Assembly: GCA_001179505.1 (NCBI GenBank)
Contig: CDMY01000656.1
Coordinates: forward strand, 1-64,000
DNA length: 64,000 bases
Source of the DNA: Vitrella brassicaformis CCMP3155
Taxonomy: Eukaryota > Protista > Chromerida
Direction: 5' to 3'
Positions within the stretch are counted from its first letter, which is position 1, and each line of letters starts with the position of its first letter. This document shows, in pieces, positions 1 through 9,972 of the stretch. The translations under genes were made by a program, and so were the position numbers. The notes beneath the pieces are model-generated. The model was not told the DNA's origin. It searched no databases and saw nothing but the letters and a program-made list of their open reading frames with translations.

Positions 1-976
1 GGATGGATTCGCTCTCGCTTGTCTATCGCCCTCGCGCGTGCGACTAGCTTCTGTCTGCGTGGGGGAGGGAGGGGAGGGTTTGCGGGACTGGGGTGTGCTG
101 ATGGGGCGGGGATTGATTCCTCCTCCCCTTGAGCCTGTTTGAGTCTGCGTGCTGATGGGACTGTATTTGTATGAGTATCACGGACACACAGACGAGTGTT
201 ACGGTTAATGACACTTTCCCCCCCCAGAAGGAAAGAGAAATGTACTAAAGTGGGGAAGAAGGACTAGAGCTGTTGTGTGCATCCCCCGACCCACCTACCG
301 CCGGGGTTTCGAATATATGTGGAGGGGGTCACTGCGAGGAACAAGTTTGCCTCGAGCTTCAAATCCGTTCACGCGTTCGCGCGAAAAACGGCACCAAAAA
401 CCCACAAAATCGGTTCTTGGCTGTTTTCTCTCGGGATTCTGGTGCGTTCGCCGCGCAAGTCTGTGTGTGATTCGTCTGCTCTGTCCTCACGCAAGCGGCT
501 TTCGCTCTGCGCTTCGTCAAACACGAGAAGCAGCCACCGAAAGTTGACGCTGCCGTCAACCCAAATCACCACAATTGTGTCAATGCATGATACATTTCGC
601 TGTGCTGTGTTCACACGGAAGCGCGCATCGCTTTTCGTTTGATCAGAAAGAAGAACGGATCACTGAAAGGTTACACAGCCATTAACCATCAGTCACACAA
701 TGCATCGTTCATGGCACAACTTCGTTTGACTTTCACAGAAGCATGGGCGACCAGAACATCTGATCTCGAGTCAGCGATGTACATACGCACACGGCAACAC
801 CACGGCAAGACAAGCCAACCACACGAGGTCACTCCATACGCATCGGGCACCAGCGGCTTGAAACACCACCAAACACACCACAGCCAACCCCACACCACAC
901 CACCGAACACACCACAGCCGACCCCACAGCATACCACTCAACACCCACATCACATCCACACACCAAAACATGCCCC

Positions 977-3900
977 TCATGGCCGGTCCTGGCAGACGAA
1001 AGTGCGGGTTTGTGCCCTGTAGGGCCCTCGACAAATGAGGTCCTCAGGAAACAGACCCGCCCGCTGCTGCGCCCGAGCATCTGCCGCACGATGCGCCCGA
1101 CAGGACACTTGAAAAGCATTCCATCGCATCAGCGCCACCGACAGACACTGCCCCCAATGATTCATGACGCCCTCATGAAAAAATGCCCGATCTTCTGCAG
1201 AGCTGGCGGGTGGTGCCACGCGGCGTCGCGCCAGGCGGCGAAGCAGGGTGAGGGTCCCCTCACCCCAACGGCCGAACGTCTCCGCCGCAAGGGGGATGAA
1301 CGTGTAGCCCTGCTGCCGACAGTTGGCCCCATATTTACGGTCCTTCTCCCTCTCTCCCGACGCCGCCGCGGCACCTCCTGGCATACGGCTGTTGGTGCGG
1401 TTGACGGAGCGGTGGTGGGTGGTGGAGTTGTCGGGGCGGCATGGATGGCGCACGGTGACGTCGGCGAGAATGCCCTCGCCGTCCACCGTCAGAAAGAGAT
1501 CCATGCGCTGGCTGTTGGGGTCGGAGTCGGGTGGGGTGATGCCGAGGGAGCGAAGGGGGACCTCTGTGACGGCCGGAATGCCGACCTCCGCCAGGATGGA
1601 CTTGAAGACGTCCAGCAGAGTGTTGTGCTTGAAAAAACGCTCGGTCGTCGTCTGGTGGCAGAGGAAGAAGTGGTCACCCAGTGCGTCGACAGCCGCCCGG
1701 CACGTGCATGTGGACGACAGGTTGGCGAGGGGGAAGGGGAGGCCGAGGGTGACGGCAGTGGCCATGCGGTAGTGGAAGTTGTTCAAGCACTTGCGCTTGT
1801 CACCTCGGGTGTATCCGGGGATAGCCGATAGCCAGCCGGACGATAGAGGCCCCAGACAGGAAAGAAGGCGGCATCGATCGCGGCTGTCAGCGGGGAAGCT
1901 CTCAAAGAGGGTGTCAAAGTCCTTCTTCGCGAGGGCTTCGGAAATCTTCTGCTGCAGTCGGGTCTGCGGGCGTGCGACGAGCTGCTGGAGAGGGGGGATG
2001 GCGACACAGGGGAGGGATGTGGAGAAACCGATGCGGGCGGATGCTGCCGAGACGAGCCATTCCAGCTGGAAAAGAGAGGCTTCTGACTCGGGCATCCAGG
2101 ATTGCCCACGAAATCGATCCCACACATCCCCCACCGTGGCAGCCACAGACCCCAAATAGGCAGCCGGTGCCACGCGGGCAGAAGACACCAGCCCAAAGCC
2201 CCCCAACCGGATGGGAAGCTGCACTTGCCGGCGAGCTGACAGAGAGAGGGCGCCCGTCCGCTGAATGTGGGCAAAGGCCGCGACCTTAGCAGCGTCATGT
2301 GCACGGGCAGCCGCCAGGACTGACGGGGAGGGGGCGAGAAGGCGGCACCAATAGAGAAAGCGAGGCGACCCACAATACCGAAGGAGCAGGTTGGCCCCCT
2401 GCACCGCATAGTCCCCATCGTTGACAGCGAAGGCCACAACGGCGTCGAGGAGACGCTGATGGCTGGCGACGACCTCATTCACGGTGCGCTCCACAAAGGC
2501 CGGGGTGCCGATTGGGGCGGACAGCAAAATGATCCCTTCCGTCGATGCACGTACACCCCGACGCGTAATGGCCGTCGGCACGTCAGCAGCCGAGCGCCAA
2601 TGGGGAGACCACGCATGGCACTTGTCCAGCCGCAGCACCAGGTTGATAGCGCGGAAGGCTTCCTCGGCGGCCGTCAGAAAGGAGGGGACGGAGCTCTCAT
2701 CCATCCCCCCAAGCCCGTCATCCATAAACCCCCCCACTAGCGCGTCGGGGAAGCCCTCTTGCAGGCGACGGAGGGCTGGCTGAAAGGCGAGGCAGAACAG
2801 GAAGGGGCCCGCCACGTCACCCTGCTGCACGCCCTGACGACTGTGAACGGTCTCGACACGCCCGCCCTCCATCGTATACCACAAAGGCGCGGCCGTCCCA
2901 TAAAATTGCCAGAAAAATGCCACCATCGCCGGATGCTTGGCAGCGAGCTCGTCCACGATGCGCTGGCGGCTGATCTCGTTGAACGCATTGCGGCAGTCGA
3001 GCGAGAGGAGGGTGCGAGTGAGGGGCGGCCCATCGGCGTCCGGGCTGGCGGCGTCCTGCGTTTGGATGTAGGTCTGGGCCGTGCGAAAGAGCTTCTCCCC
3101 TCCGGCTGATGTGCCGACGGCAAACTGGTGGGGCCGGAACTCCTCCTCAAACTCCAGCTTATGTTGCAGGCATAGCGCGCGGGTCACCCATCGACGAAGC
3201 GCGTCGCCGATGGCGATCGGACGTACACCACCTCCCGGCTTCTCCAGGGCGAAGAGTCGAGCCGCTGCTAAGAGTTTGGTCACAACGGGGGGGAGGTCGC
3301 CGTCCAGCATCCGCTGCACGAACTTGAGGACGGGCACGGCGTCTGCGTTGGTGTGGGCCTCGCCGACAAGCACCTGAAGGTGCTCGTATCGCCAGCCGGT
3401 CGGTCCTGCGGCCGATCCACGTGGCGCGGTCTTCAGCGCAGCCAGGAGAAAGTCCCGGCTGGCCTCCAGGCGAGGGGCGTCGCCCGCCGGCGCCGCGGGC
3501 CGGACGACGGGGGCGGCATCGGGGTGGAGTGCCCGCAGCTGGTCGAGGCTCTGCTGAGTCGCTGCCGCGACAGGCGGCGATGTGAGACGGCTTGCCGCAC
3601 GAGAGAGCTCGCCGAGGCCAATAAGACGTGCTGCCGCTTCTCGCTTGACCGCATCAAAGGAAGGGGCTGCCTCGCCGTCGACAGGGCCCTCCCCAGCGGG
3701 CGCGTGGACGTGGCGGCCTTGCGGGGCAAACTGCCGTGCTTCGCTAAGTAGTCCCTCCCACTCGCCGCGCCAAAACCGGCCGAAACGGGCGCCCCACTTA
3801 CGTGCGCCGGCACCGTCGGCACCGCCACGGTTCATGGGGAAAAGCAGCAGGACGGGGATGTAGAGCAGCACCAGGCAGGCATTGTCGAAGTCGCCTGCCC

Positions 3901-6900
3901 GCGTGGACGACAGCAGCTGCTCCACAGCCTCTTTGACCTCTCGCAGGGCGAGCCGCGCACACTGCGGGAGCCGCTCGATGGTGCGGATGGCCCGCTGGAA
4001 GTCGGCGATGTGATCGGATTCTAACCGACCCGTCAGAAACTCCACTCCTGGGGCCGGCAAGGTCCGATGCGAGCGGTGCCAACGGCCGTCAGCAGAGCGC
4101 GTGGGGGGTGGAGGGGGAGGGGGACCGCCGCCATGCGGCCCACCAGGTGGGCCTCGGCCTCCTGCCGGCGGCTGACAACGGCGCCACTGCTGGGGCGGCC
4201 GACCGCTCCCTGTGAGCGGCCGACTCGTGCGTCGATCTCCTGCTTGTCGGCGACCGGCACCGCCCCCGCCATCAGCAGCATCGCCCGCCCCCCCAGGGCC
4301 ACCTTGCCCTGAACGCCGCGGGTCCTCTTCTTCGCGACGTCGGCGCTCCTCGGTCTCACCTTGTCGCCCCTCCTCAGTCCCACGTCGTCGCCCCTCCTCA
4401 GTTTCCCGTCGTCGCCCCTCCTCGTGTCCTCGCCTCTCCTCAGTCTCGCCTCGTCGCCCCTCCTCAGACCCACATCGTCGCCTCTCCTCAGTCTCTCGTC
4501 GTCGCCGCTCCTCGGTTTCACGCTGCCGCCGCGCCTCCTCGCCACAGCGTCCACGACAAAAATCGCCGCAGCTCAGACAAGGGCCGGTTCCTCTCGCCCG
4601 TCCGGAGCGACGCCTCGAAGCACCGCCCGCCGCGGTCCGTGGCGACTGCCGCAGCTCACGGTCTCGGCACCTCCTGGTGCCAGTGCGGCGCGGTTCGTCG
4701 GTACTGTTGGGGCCATGGCCACCTTCTCCGCCACCTGGCGGGTCCTCCTGGCGCTCCTCGGCCCCTTGTTGTCGTTGCGCCTCGGCCCCCTGTCGCCGCT
4801 GCGCCTCGGCCTCACGTCGTCGCCCCTCCTCGGCCTCCTGTCGTCGCTGCTCCTCGGCCTCACGTCGTCCTCTCTCGTCGGCCTCACGTCGTCGTCTCTC
4901 CTCGGCCTCACGTCGTCGTCTCTCCTCGGCCTCACGTCGTCCTCTCTCGTCGGCCTCACGTCGTCGTCCCTCCTCGGCCTCGCGTCGTCGCCCCTCCTCG
5001 GCCTCCTGTCGGCGCTGCTCCTCGGCCTCACGTCGTCCTCTCTCGTCGGCCTCACGTCGTCCTCTCTCGTCGGCCTCACGTCGTCGTCCCTCCTCGGCCT
5101 CGCGTCGTCGCCGCTCCTCGGCCTCCTGTCGGCGCTGCTCCTCGGCCTCACGTCGTCCTCTCTCTTCGGCCTCACGTCGTCGTCTCTCCTCGGCCTCACG
5201 TCGTCGTCTCTCCTCGGCCTCCTGTCGTCGCTGCTCCTCGACCTCACGGCGTCCTCTCTCGTCGGCCTCACGTCGGCGTCTGTTCTCGGCCTCTCGTCGT
5301 CGCCGCCGCCCCCTCGCCGAGGGGCCCGGCTCGGTGGTCCACGCGTTGAGGATATCCCTGGTGTCGTGCAGGCCGTTGGGAGGGGCCGTGTTGAAGGGGT
5401 CGAAGCCTTCGCGAGAGGCCATGTCAGCCAGGATCGCTGGCCGGCGTGGTGGGGCCCCTTCAGCAGCGATGAGCTCATCCAGAGACGGCTGAGGGCGAGC
5501 CGGGAGGGCACGTTGCGGCCGGGCTGGCGGGGATGCGCTCCTGCTGCTGCCCGAGGGGGAGACGACCGCCCAGTGAGCCCCCGAGTCGATCCGGCGGCGG
5601 CGGGAGCGACGGTGCTGGCCTTGCCGTGGGCGGCGGCGGCCTTGGCGCCGCTCGGGTCCTGCCTCCTCCCTGTCGATGCGCTCTGCCAGCGCCATGTCCG
5701 CCGCCAAAGCCGCCGACTCGTCTTGCAGCTCTTCGACGTCCATGGGGGCTCCCTCGCTGTGTGTGTCGGCCAGCCCGTTCTCGCCGTCGCGTGTGGGTGG
5801 CGGGGCGGGNNNNNNNNNNNNNNNNNNNNNNNNNNNNNNNNNNNNNNNNNNNNNNNNNNNNNNNNNNNNNNNNNNNNNNNNNNNNNNNNNNNNNNNNNNN
5901 NNNNNNNNNNNNNNNNNNNNNNNNNNNNNNNNNNNNNNNNNNNNNNNNNNNNNNNNNNNNNNNNNNNNNNNNNNNNNNNNNNNNNNNNNNNNNNNNNNNN
6001 NNNNNNNNNNNNNNNNNNNNNNNNNNNNNNNNNNNNNNNNNNNNNNNNNNNNNNNNNNNNNNNNNNNNNNNNNNNNNNNNNNNNNNNNNNNNNNNNNNNN
6101 NNNNNNNNNGTCGCGTATCACGATCGGCGCAGCGCGGCTTCCAACCGCCCCGACTCCCGGATCGCCGACATCGTCGGCCTCCACCCAGTCGTCGTGCGGT
6201 CGGTCAGGAGGCAGCATGGAGACGAAGTGGCCGGGCATGTAGAGCACATGGATGACGGGGCTGCCGTCGACACGTTGCTGTGGGTGGACGAGCAGCGTGA
6301 TTGCCACGGGGATGGGGGCCGCGGTCTCCAGAGACGCACGCTCGTGTGGCTGGCAGATCACGATGTTCGCCCCCACCACATTGGCTGCAGACTGCACCTC
6401 CATCTCACTAAGGCCTCTCCCCCGTCGGATCTCCTCGATGTAGGCGTCCGTGCCGATGCCCTGGGGCTGGAGAGCGGCGAATTCCCCCGCCCCGCTGCGC
6501 CGCTGAAGGTCGCCTACGAGTTGCCGGCGAAGTGCGGCCGGGGACGGCAGCTCTCCGCCGAGGCGGTCCGCGGGAGGCAGACCGTCTGTTGCGCGGCGAC
6601 GACGATGAGCTTGCAGCTGGCGGAGGATAGCTCGAAGCAGGCAGTTGTTCCCGTAGGCGCTCTCGTCGATGACACGGAAGAGAGGGCGCACCGCTGCTCC
6701 ACGAATCACCAGGGCGGCGCCATAGGCGATGAACTGGCGAAGCGAGGGGAGGATGCAGGGGAAGGACGCACCGGCCAGGCTCCCAAGCCGCTGCAGGTCC
6801 GCCAGGTCGAAGTCCTCTGGATTCGCCAGCCGTTGCCATTGCCCGACGTCGAGGCGCCACAGGCCTTGATGCACTCGCTGCATGGGGCGAGAGAACTCCG

Positions 6901-7549
6901 GCAGCGGCAGGAGCCCTTCGAGGTGGCCCGGAAGGGGATGGGCTTGTAGCGCCGCACGATGCCGCTGCAGGAGGTTCATCAGGATCTGGTGCCAGTGGAG
7001 GTGACCCGGCAGGTGGCTGTAGGGGCAGACGAGCGCGCCCGACCGGTCGCGGCGTGCCTGCCGCAGACACTCCCGGCAGATCCAGGAGTGGCACGCACAG
7101 GGGACCCGCTCGAAGGCGTCGGCCGGGTAAGCGTTGGAGCACCCGGGGCACTCGGGGTGGTCGGGGTTCGTCGGAGGGGGGGCGAGTGGATCGGCGGGGA
7201 TCTCGTCGAGGGAGTCCACGCCGAGAACGCACTCGGGGCAGAACGCCTGGCGGCACATCGGGCAGCGGGCGTGCTCGCAGCCGCGGCGCGCAGGGATCGC
7301 TTCCAAATGGCGGTGCCGAAAGGGTTGCAGCAGTCGCCGCCCGCCGAGCTGCACCACGCAGTAGCGGCAGATCTCGTGAATGGGTGGGTCCCGACGGCGC
7401 TGGCCGGGCACACGGCCGCCGGGGGGCGGCGCCGCATCGCCCCTGTGCACATTCACGAAATCCGGGAGGGGCCGCGCCTCGAAGCAGACGTCACATTGCC
7501 GAGTGTCCTCATCCTCACAGGAAGGTGACGGCGGTCGTTCGGCACTCAT
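977..7549 (-). CDS. Single-ORF polyprotein of a non-LTR retrotransposon: 2 RING-like Zn fingers, OTU-like Cys protease, E/R-rich helical repeat, reverse transcriptase, CCHC knuckle, restriction-like endonuclease
   Basis: Intronless 2190-aa ORF (spans one N gap). RT motifs RPIAIG, LDCRNAFN, QGVQQGDVAGPFLF, FMDD (2717-2728); CTC..GDHFFLCH knuckle (~1660-1720); RMDL..DVTV..EREKDRKY endonuclease motifs (~1340-1510); YGNNCLLRAI and YMPGHF protease motifs (6641-6660, 6221-6240). Confidence 0.93.
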   Translation of the reverse strand: MSAERPPSPSCEDEDTRQCDVCFEARPLPDFVNVHRGDAAPPPGGRVPGQRRRDPPIHEICRYCVVQLGGRRLLQPFRHRHLEAIPARRGCEHARCPMCRQAFCPECVLGVDSLDEIPADPLAPPPTNPDHPECPGCSNAYPADAFERVPCACHSWICRECLRQARRDRSGALVCPYSHLPGHLHWHQILMNLLQRHRAALQAHPLPGHLEGLLPLPEFSRPMQRVHQGLWRLDVGQWQRLANPEDFDLADLQRLGSLAGASFPCILPSLRQFIAYGAALVIRGAAVRPLFRVIDESAYGNNCLLRAILRQLQAHRRRRATDGLPPADRLGGELPSPAALRRQLVGDLQRRSGAGEFAALQPQGIGTDAYIEEIRRGRGLSEMEVQSAANVVGANIVICQPHERASLETAAPIPVAITLLVHPQQRVDGSPVIHVLYMPGHFVSMLPPDRPHDDWVEADDVGDPGVGAVGSRAAPIVIRDXXXXXXXXXXXXXXXXXXXXXXXXXXXXXXXXXXXXXXXXXXXXXXXXXXXXXXXXXXXXXXXXXXXXXXXXXXXXXXXXXXXXXXXXXXXXXXXXXXXXPAPPPTRDGENGLADTHSEGAPMDVEELQDESAALAADMALAERIDREEAGPERRQGRRRPRQGQHRRSRRRRIDSGAHWAVVSPSGSSRSASPPARPQRALPARPQPSLDELIAAEGAPPRRPAILADMASREGFDPFNTAPPNGLHDTRDILNAWTTEPGPSARGRRRRREAENRRRREADERGRREVEEQRRQEAEERRRREAEERRRREAEERGRREAEEQRRQEAEERRRREAEEGRRREADERGRREADERGRREAEEQRRQEAEEGRRREAEEGRRREADERGRREAEERRRREAEERRRREADERGRREAEEQRRQEAEEGRRREAEAQRRQGAEAQRQQGAEERQEDPPGGGEGGHGPNSTDEPRRTGTRRCRDRELRQSPRTAAGGASRRRSGRARGTGPCLSCGDFCRGRCGEEARRQRETEERRRRETEERRRCGSEEGRRGETEERRGHEEGRRRETEEGRRRGTEEGRQGETEERRRREEEDPRRSGQGGPGGAGDAADGGGGAGRRQAGDRRTSRPLTGSGRPPQQWRRCQPPAGGRGPPGGPHGGGPPPPPPPTRSADGRWHRSHRTLPAPGVEFLTGRLESDHIADFQRAIRTIERLPQCARLALREVKEAVEQLLSSTRAGDFDNACLVLLYIPVLLLFPMNRGGADGAGARKWGARFGRFWRGEWEGLLSEARQFAPQGRHVHAPAGEGPVDGEAAPSFDAVKREAAARLIGLGELSRAASRLTSPPVAAATQQSLDQLRALHPDAAPVVRPAAPAGDAPRLEASRDFLLAALKTAPRGSAAGPTGWRYEHLQVLVGEAHTNADAVPVLKFVQRMLDGDLPPVVTKLLAAARLFALEKPGGGVRPIAIGDALRRWVTRALCLQHKLEFEEEFRPHQFAVGTSAGGEKLFRTAQTYIQTQDAASPDADGPPLTRTLLSLDCRNAFNEISRQRIVDELAAKHPAMVAFFWQFYGTAAPLWYTMEGGRVETVHSRQGVQQGDVAGPFLFCLAFQPALRRLQEGFPDALVGGFMDDGLGGMDESSVPSFLTAAEEAFRAINLVLRLDKCHAWSPHWRSAADVPTAITRRGVRASTEGIILLSAPIGTPAFVERTVNEVVASHQRLLDAVVAFAVNDGDYAVQGANLLLRYCGSPRFLYWCRLLAPSPSVLAAARAHDAAKVAAFAHIQRTGALSLSARRQVQLPIRLGGFGLVSSARVAPAAYLGSVAATVGDVWDRFRGQSWMPESEASLFQLEWLVSAASARIGFSTSLPCVAIPPLQQLVARPQTRLQQKISEALAKKDFDTLFESFPADSRDRCRLLSCLGPLSSGWLSAIPGYTRGDKRKCLNNFHYRMATAVTLGLPFPLANLSSTCTCRAAVDALGDHFFLCHQTTTERFFKHNTLLDVFKSILAEVGIPAVTEVPLRSLGITPPDSDPNSQRMDLFLTVDGEGILADVTVRHPCRPDNSTTHHRSVNRTNSRMPGGAAAASGEREKDRKYGANCRQQGYTFIPLAAETFGRWGEGTLTLLRRLARRRVAPPASSAEDRAFFHEGVMNHWGQCLSVALMRWNAFQVSCRAHRAADARAQQRAGLFPEDLICRGPYRAQTRTFVCQDRP
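4790..5310. repeat. Coding minisatellite, 24-bp unit, encoding (RRREAEE/QR-like) octapeptides in the retrotransposon ORF
   Basis: About 20 variants of ctcctcggcctcacgtcgtcgtct; a more diverged second tract (RRRETEE) at ~4330-4530. Confidence 0.9.
5810..6109. other. Assembly gap inside the retrotransposon ORF
   Basis: Run of 300 N. Confidence 0.99.
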
Positions 7550-8068
7550 GCCTCAGGCCAGCGGCGATGGCGTACATGCCCGAGCGGAAGCGAGGGCATG
7601 CCCGAGTGAAGCGAAGGCGTCGTCACCTGAGTGAAGGCGTCCGAGGTTCAAATCGCCCCTCCAAGTGTTATCCCAAGGCGCCGGCTCAGTAGCAGGATCT
7701 GGGAGGATGCCCGTAGCGAGGGGGGGTCGTGGAGGTCGTTGGAGGGTACAGCCTCTGCAACTATAGCGGCCCGATGGCGTCTGACTTTGCCCAGATCCGC
7801 GTAGCACCCCGTGCGTGGCTTTTAGATGTTCTGTGGAGAAGTCCCCCAGCAGCTTGAGGCTATCGATGAACGAGCTGTGGCTACCCGTCAGCTGGCCGAA
7901 GACGCTCCAGTTGTTGCGCAGAGGCAGGTCGCATGCCATCATTGACCAACTGAAGGCGAAATTCGTTGGAAAAGAGCGATCGTCAAATGTCGCATGCGTT
8001 TACAAATTTGAGGCGACCCATTCACTTGACTCCAAGCATCCTAGGTCCCTGTCTGCGACACTGCAGAT

Positions 8069-9972
8069 ATGGGGGCTCTGATATTTCTGTGTTTTGCAGT
8101 GTCGCTTCTCTCAGGTGAGGACAAGAGAGGAGACGAAAGAGACGCCCAATGGCATTGCTCTCCGCTGTGTGGTGCAGCCGTCTCATCCCGTGATGCTTTC
8201 TGCGAACACCCCAAATTCTCTCTGCCTGTGAAGGGAGCCGGCACAGTCCACATCCACCTGTCGGCGGTTGTCAATCTTGCCATTGGGGCTGGGCTCAAAA
8301 TCGTCGATCACCTGAAGGATGCGCCCTTCTCGGGAGAACTGCAAGTGGAAAGCAAAGACGCTCCGCAAGGTAAGCGATTCCATGCAAACAGTCTTTGAAA
8401 CACTCGAATGTCTCTGTCTGTCTGTCTGTCTGTGGGTGCATGATTCCAGATTTGGTGACGTCAGCTGATCGGTTGAGTGACGAGTACATCCGAGGAGGGA
8501 AGTGGACCGAGACGGGCAAGACGATCATCAACGACAAGGGCAAGCCGGAGAAGGAGATGGTCTTCAAGAAGACAGAAGGCCTGACGGCTCTCCGCCAATG
8601 GAAAGGCATCGACGCCCTGAGCGAAGAGGAGAGCAGCGAAGGGTTTCCTGAGACATACTGGCTGGTGGACCCCTTAGACGGAACCAGCAACTTCGCGGGC
8701 GACGCCAAGAAGTGGATGGGGCAGGTCAGATCTTTCTCTTCTTCCCCTGACAAAGGCAAGCTCTACCAGGAGATGAAGAAAGTCCTTGCAGCCGAGTGGA
8801 CGGTCATGGTGGCCCTCGTCCACAAGAACAAGGCAGTGGCGGGGGTAGTCACGGTGCCATGGAAACGAGTCGCCTACTATGGCGTGGTCAAAGGTGGCGA
8901 TGTGGCCATCGACAGTCCTGATGGGAGGTTTGCCTGCCGCCTCGTGTACGGAGAAGGCCCATGGAGCGAGGGAACTGCGCGCAGGATGCATGAGAAAGCG
9001 GCGTCCAATACACCGCTGACGGCATACGGCGGCGGGTGCATTCAGGGTCTGGAAGCACCCCACATCAGGCCTGGCAGTCTGGTGCAGAAGATAGGGAGCG
9101 ACAAGAACCACAACGACGCCTACGACGCCTACGACTACTTCCTCTCACGCCATCCCAGCGGCCCGATGTTCAATTTCAGGGAGGTGGAGATCACCAAGCC
9201 CGGGGCAAAAGTGACGACAACGAATGTTCAAGAGTTTGGCTCATCACTGGTACCGTAGCGAGGCGGGTCTCGCTGGCAACGATCACAGAAAGCGAGCGTG
9301 TCTCCCCCTCCGACCGACGTGTGCAATTGCAGAAATTTTTGATGGTAATAGACCCTGAGTTGCTATGGTTCTACGACGGAGGCAGTGTCTCACGTCAGCC
9401 GGAACCTCGCTGTGGAGAGACAATGATCTGGTCGGCCAACCCGAAACTCTACGATGTGGTACGGACGGGCAAGACACATGCGCACTTACAACAGTCGACA
9501 TCGCATGGGCCCTGCATGCAGATCTATCCTCGGATCGCACCTTTGAAGGCATGGGACACTGCCGCGGCACACGCCATCCTCAATGCGGGAGGCGCCATGA
9601 TTTTGCGAGTCGACTGCGACAACGAGGGCAACCGGGAGTACGGCAAGGAGACGGGGCCCTTCAGCTTCACAGTGAGTGGGGAGGAGGTGGGCTACTCGCG
9701 GACAGAGGGGCCCGACCAGTGTGTCGCCAACACAAGGTGGGTGGGTCGGTGGAGATGGGATAGACAAAGACATCGGCGGGATGGCATGTGCATGTGCATA
9801 CGGCATGTGTCTCTTCAGGCACCATCAAGATGTCCCTACCCTCAAGACCAAGAAGGAGTTTCAGGACTACTTCATCGCCATGGGGCCACTTGATGTCGCT
9901 GGAAGCGGCAAATCCCTCACAGAAATGCTGTCCGGCCATTGCCTCAAAGACCCGAAAACACAACAGAAGTGA
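8069..9972 (+). CDS. cysQ-like: CysQ/inositol-monophosphatase family phosphatase (PAP phosphatase-like) with predicted signal peptide; spliced, 3' end uncertain (may extend to ~10240)
   Basis: LVTSAD, LSEE, YWLVDPLDGT, WTVMVALV; GSSL|KFLMV and YDV|IYPRIAPLKAWDTAAAHAIL are joined by GT-AG introns. N-terminus MGALIFLCFAVSLLSG. Confidence 0.85.

Larger units (their letters stand above)
860..7800 (-). mobile_element. CRE-like (restriction-like-endonuclease class) non-LTR retrotransposon; boundaries approximate
   Basis: RT followed by CCHC and PD-(D/E)xK-type endonuclease is the R2/CRE-group layout; no LTR, integrase or APE motifs seen. Target-site duplication not identified by eye, so both ends are uncertain. 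Confidence 0.75.

Noticed and set aside
370-390. E2F-like site ttcgcgcgaaaa
   Set aside because: A single short match in GC-rich DNA with no identified downstream gene.
4790-5310. 24-bp repeats as a CRISPR array
   Set aside because: No unique spacers, in-frame coding repeat, eukaryotic context, no cas genes.
4212-6949. Long plus-strand ORFs (862, 426, 236 aa) opposite the retrotransposon
   Set aside because: Antisense shadows of a GC-rich, repeat-rich ORF; low complexity and no motifs.
7553-8081. ORFs of 129 and 88 aa between the retrotransposon and the CysQ-like gene
   Set aside because: No recognisable motifs or splice support; they overlap presumed UTR/promoter sequence.
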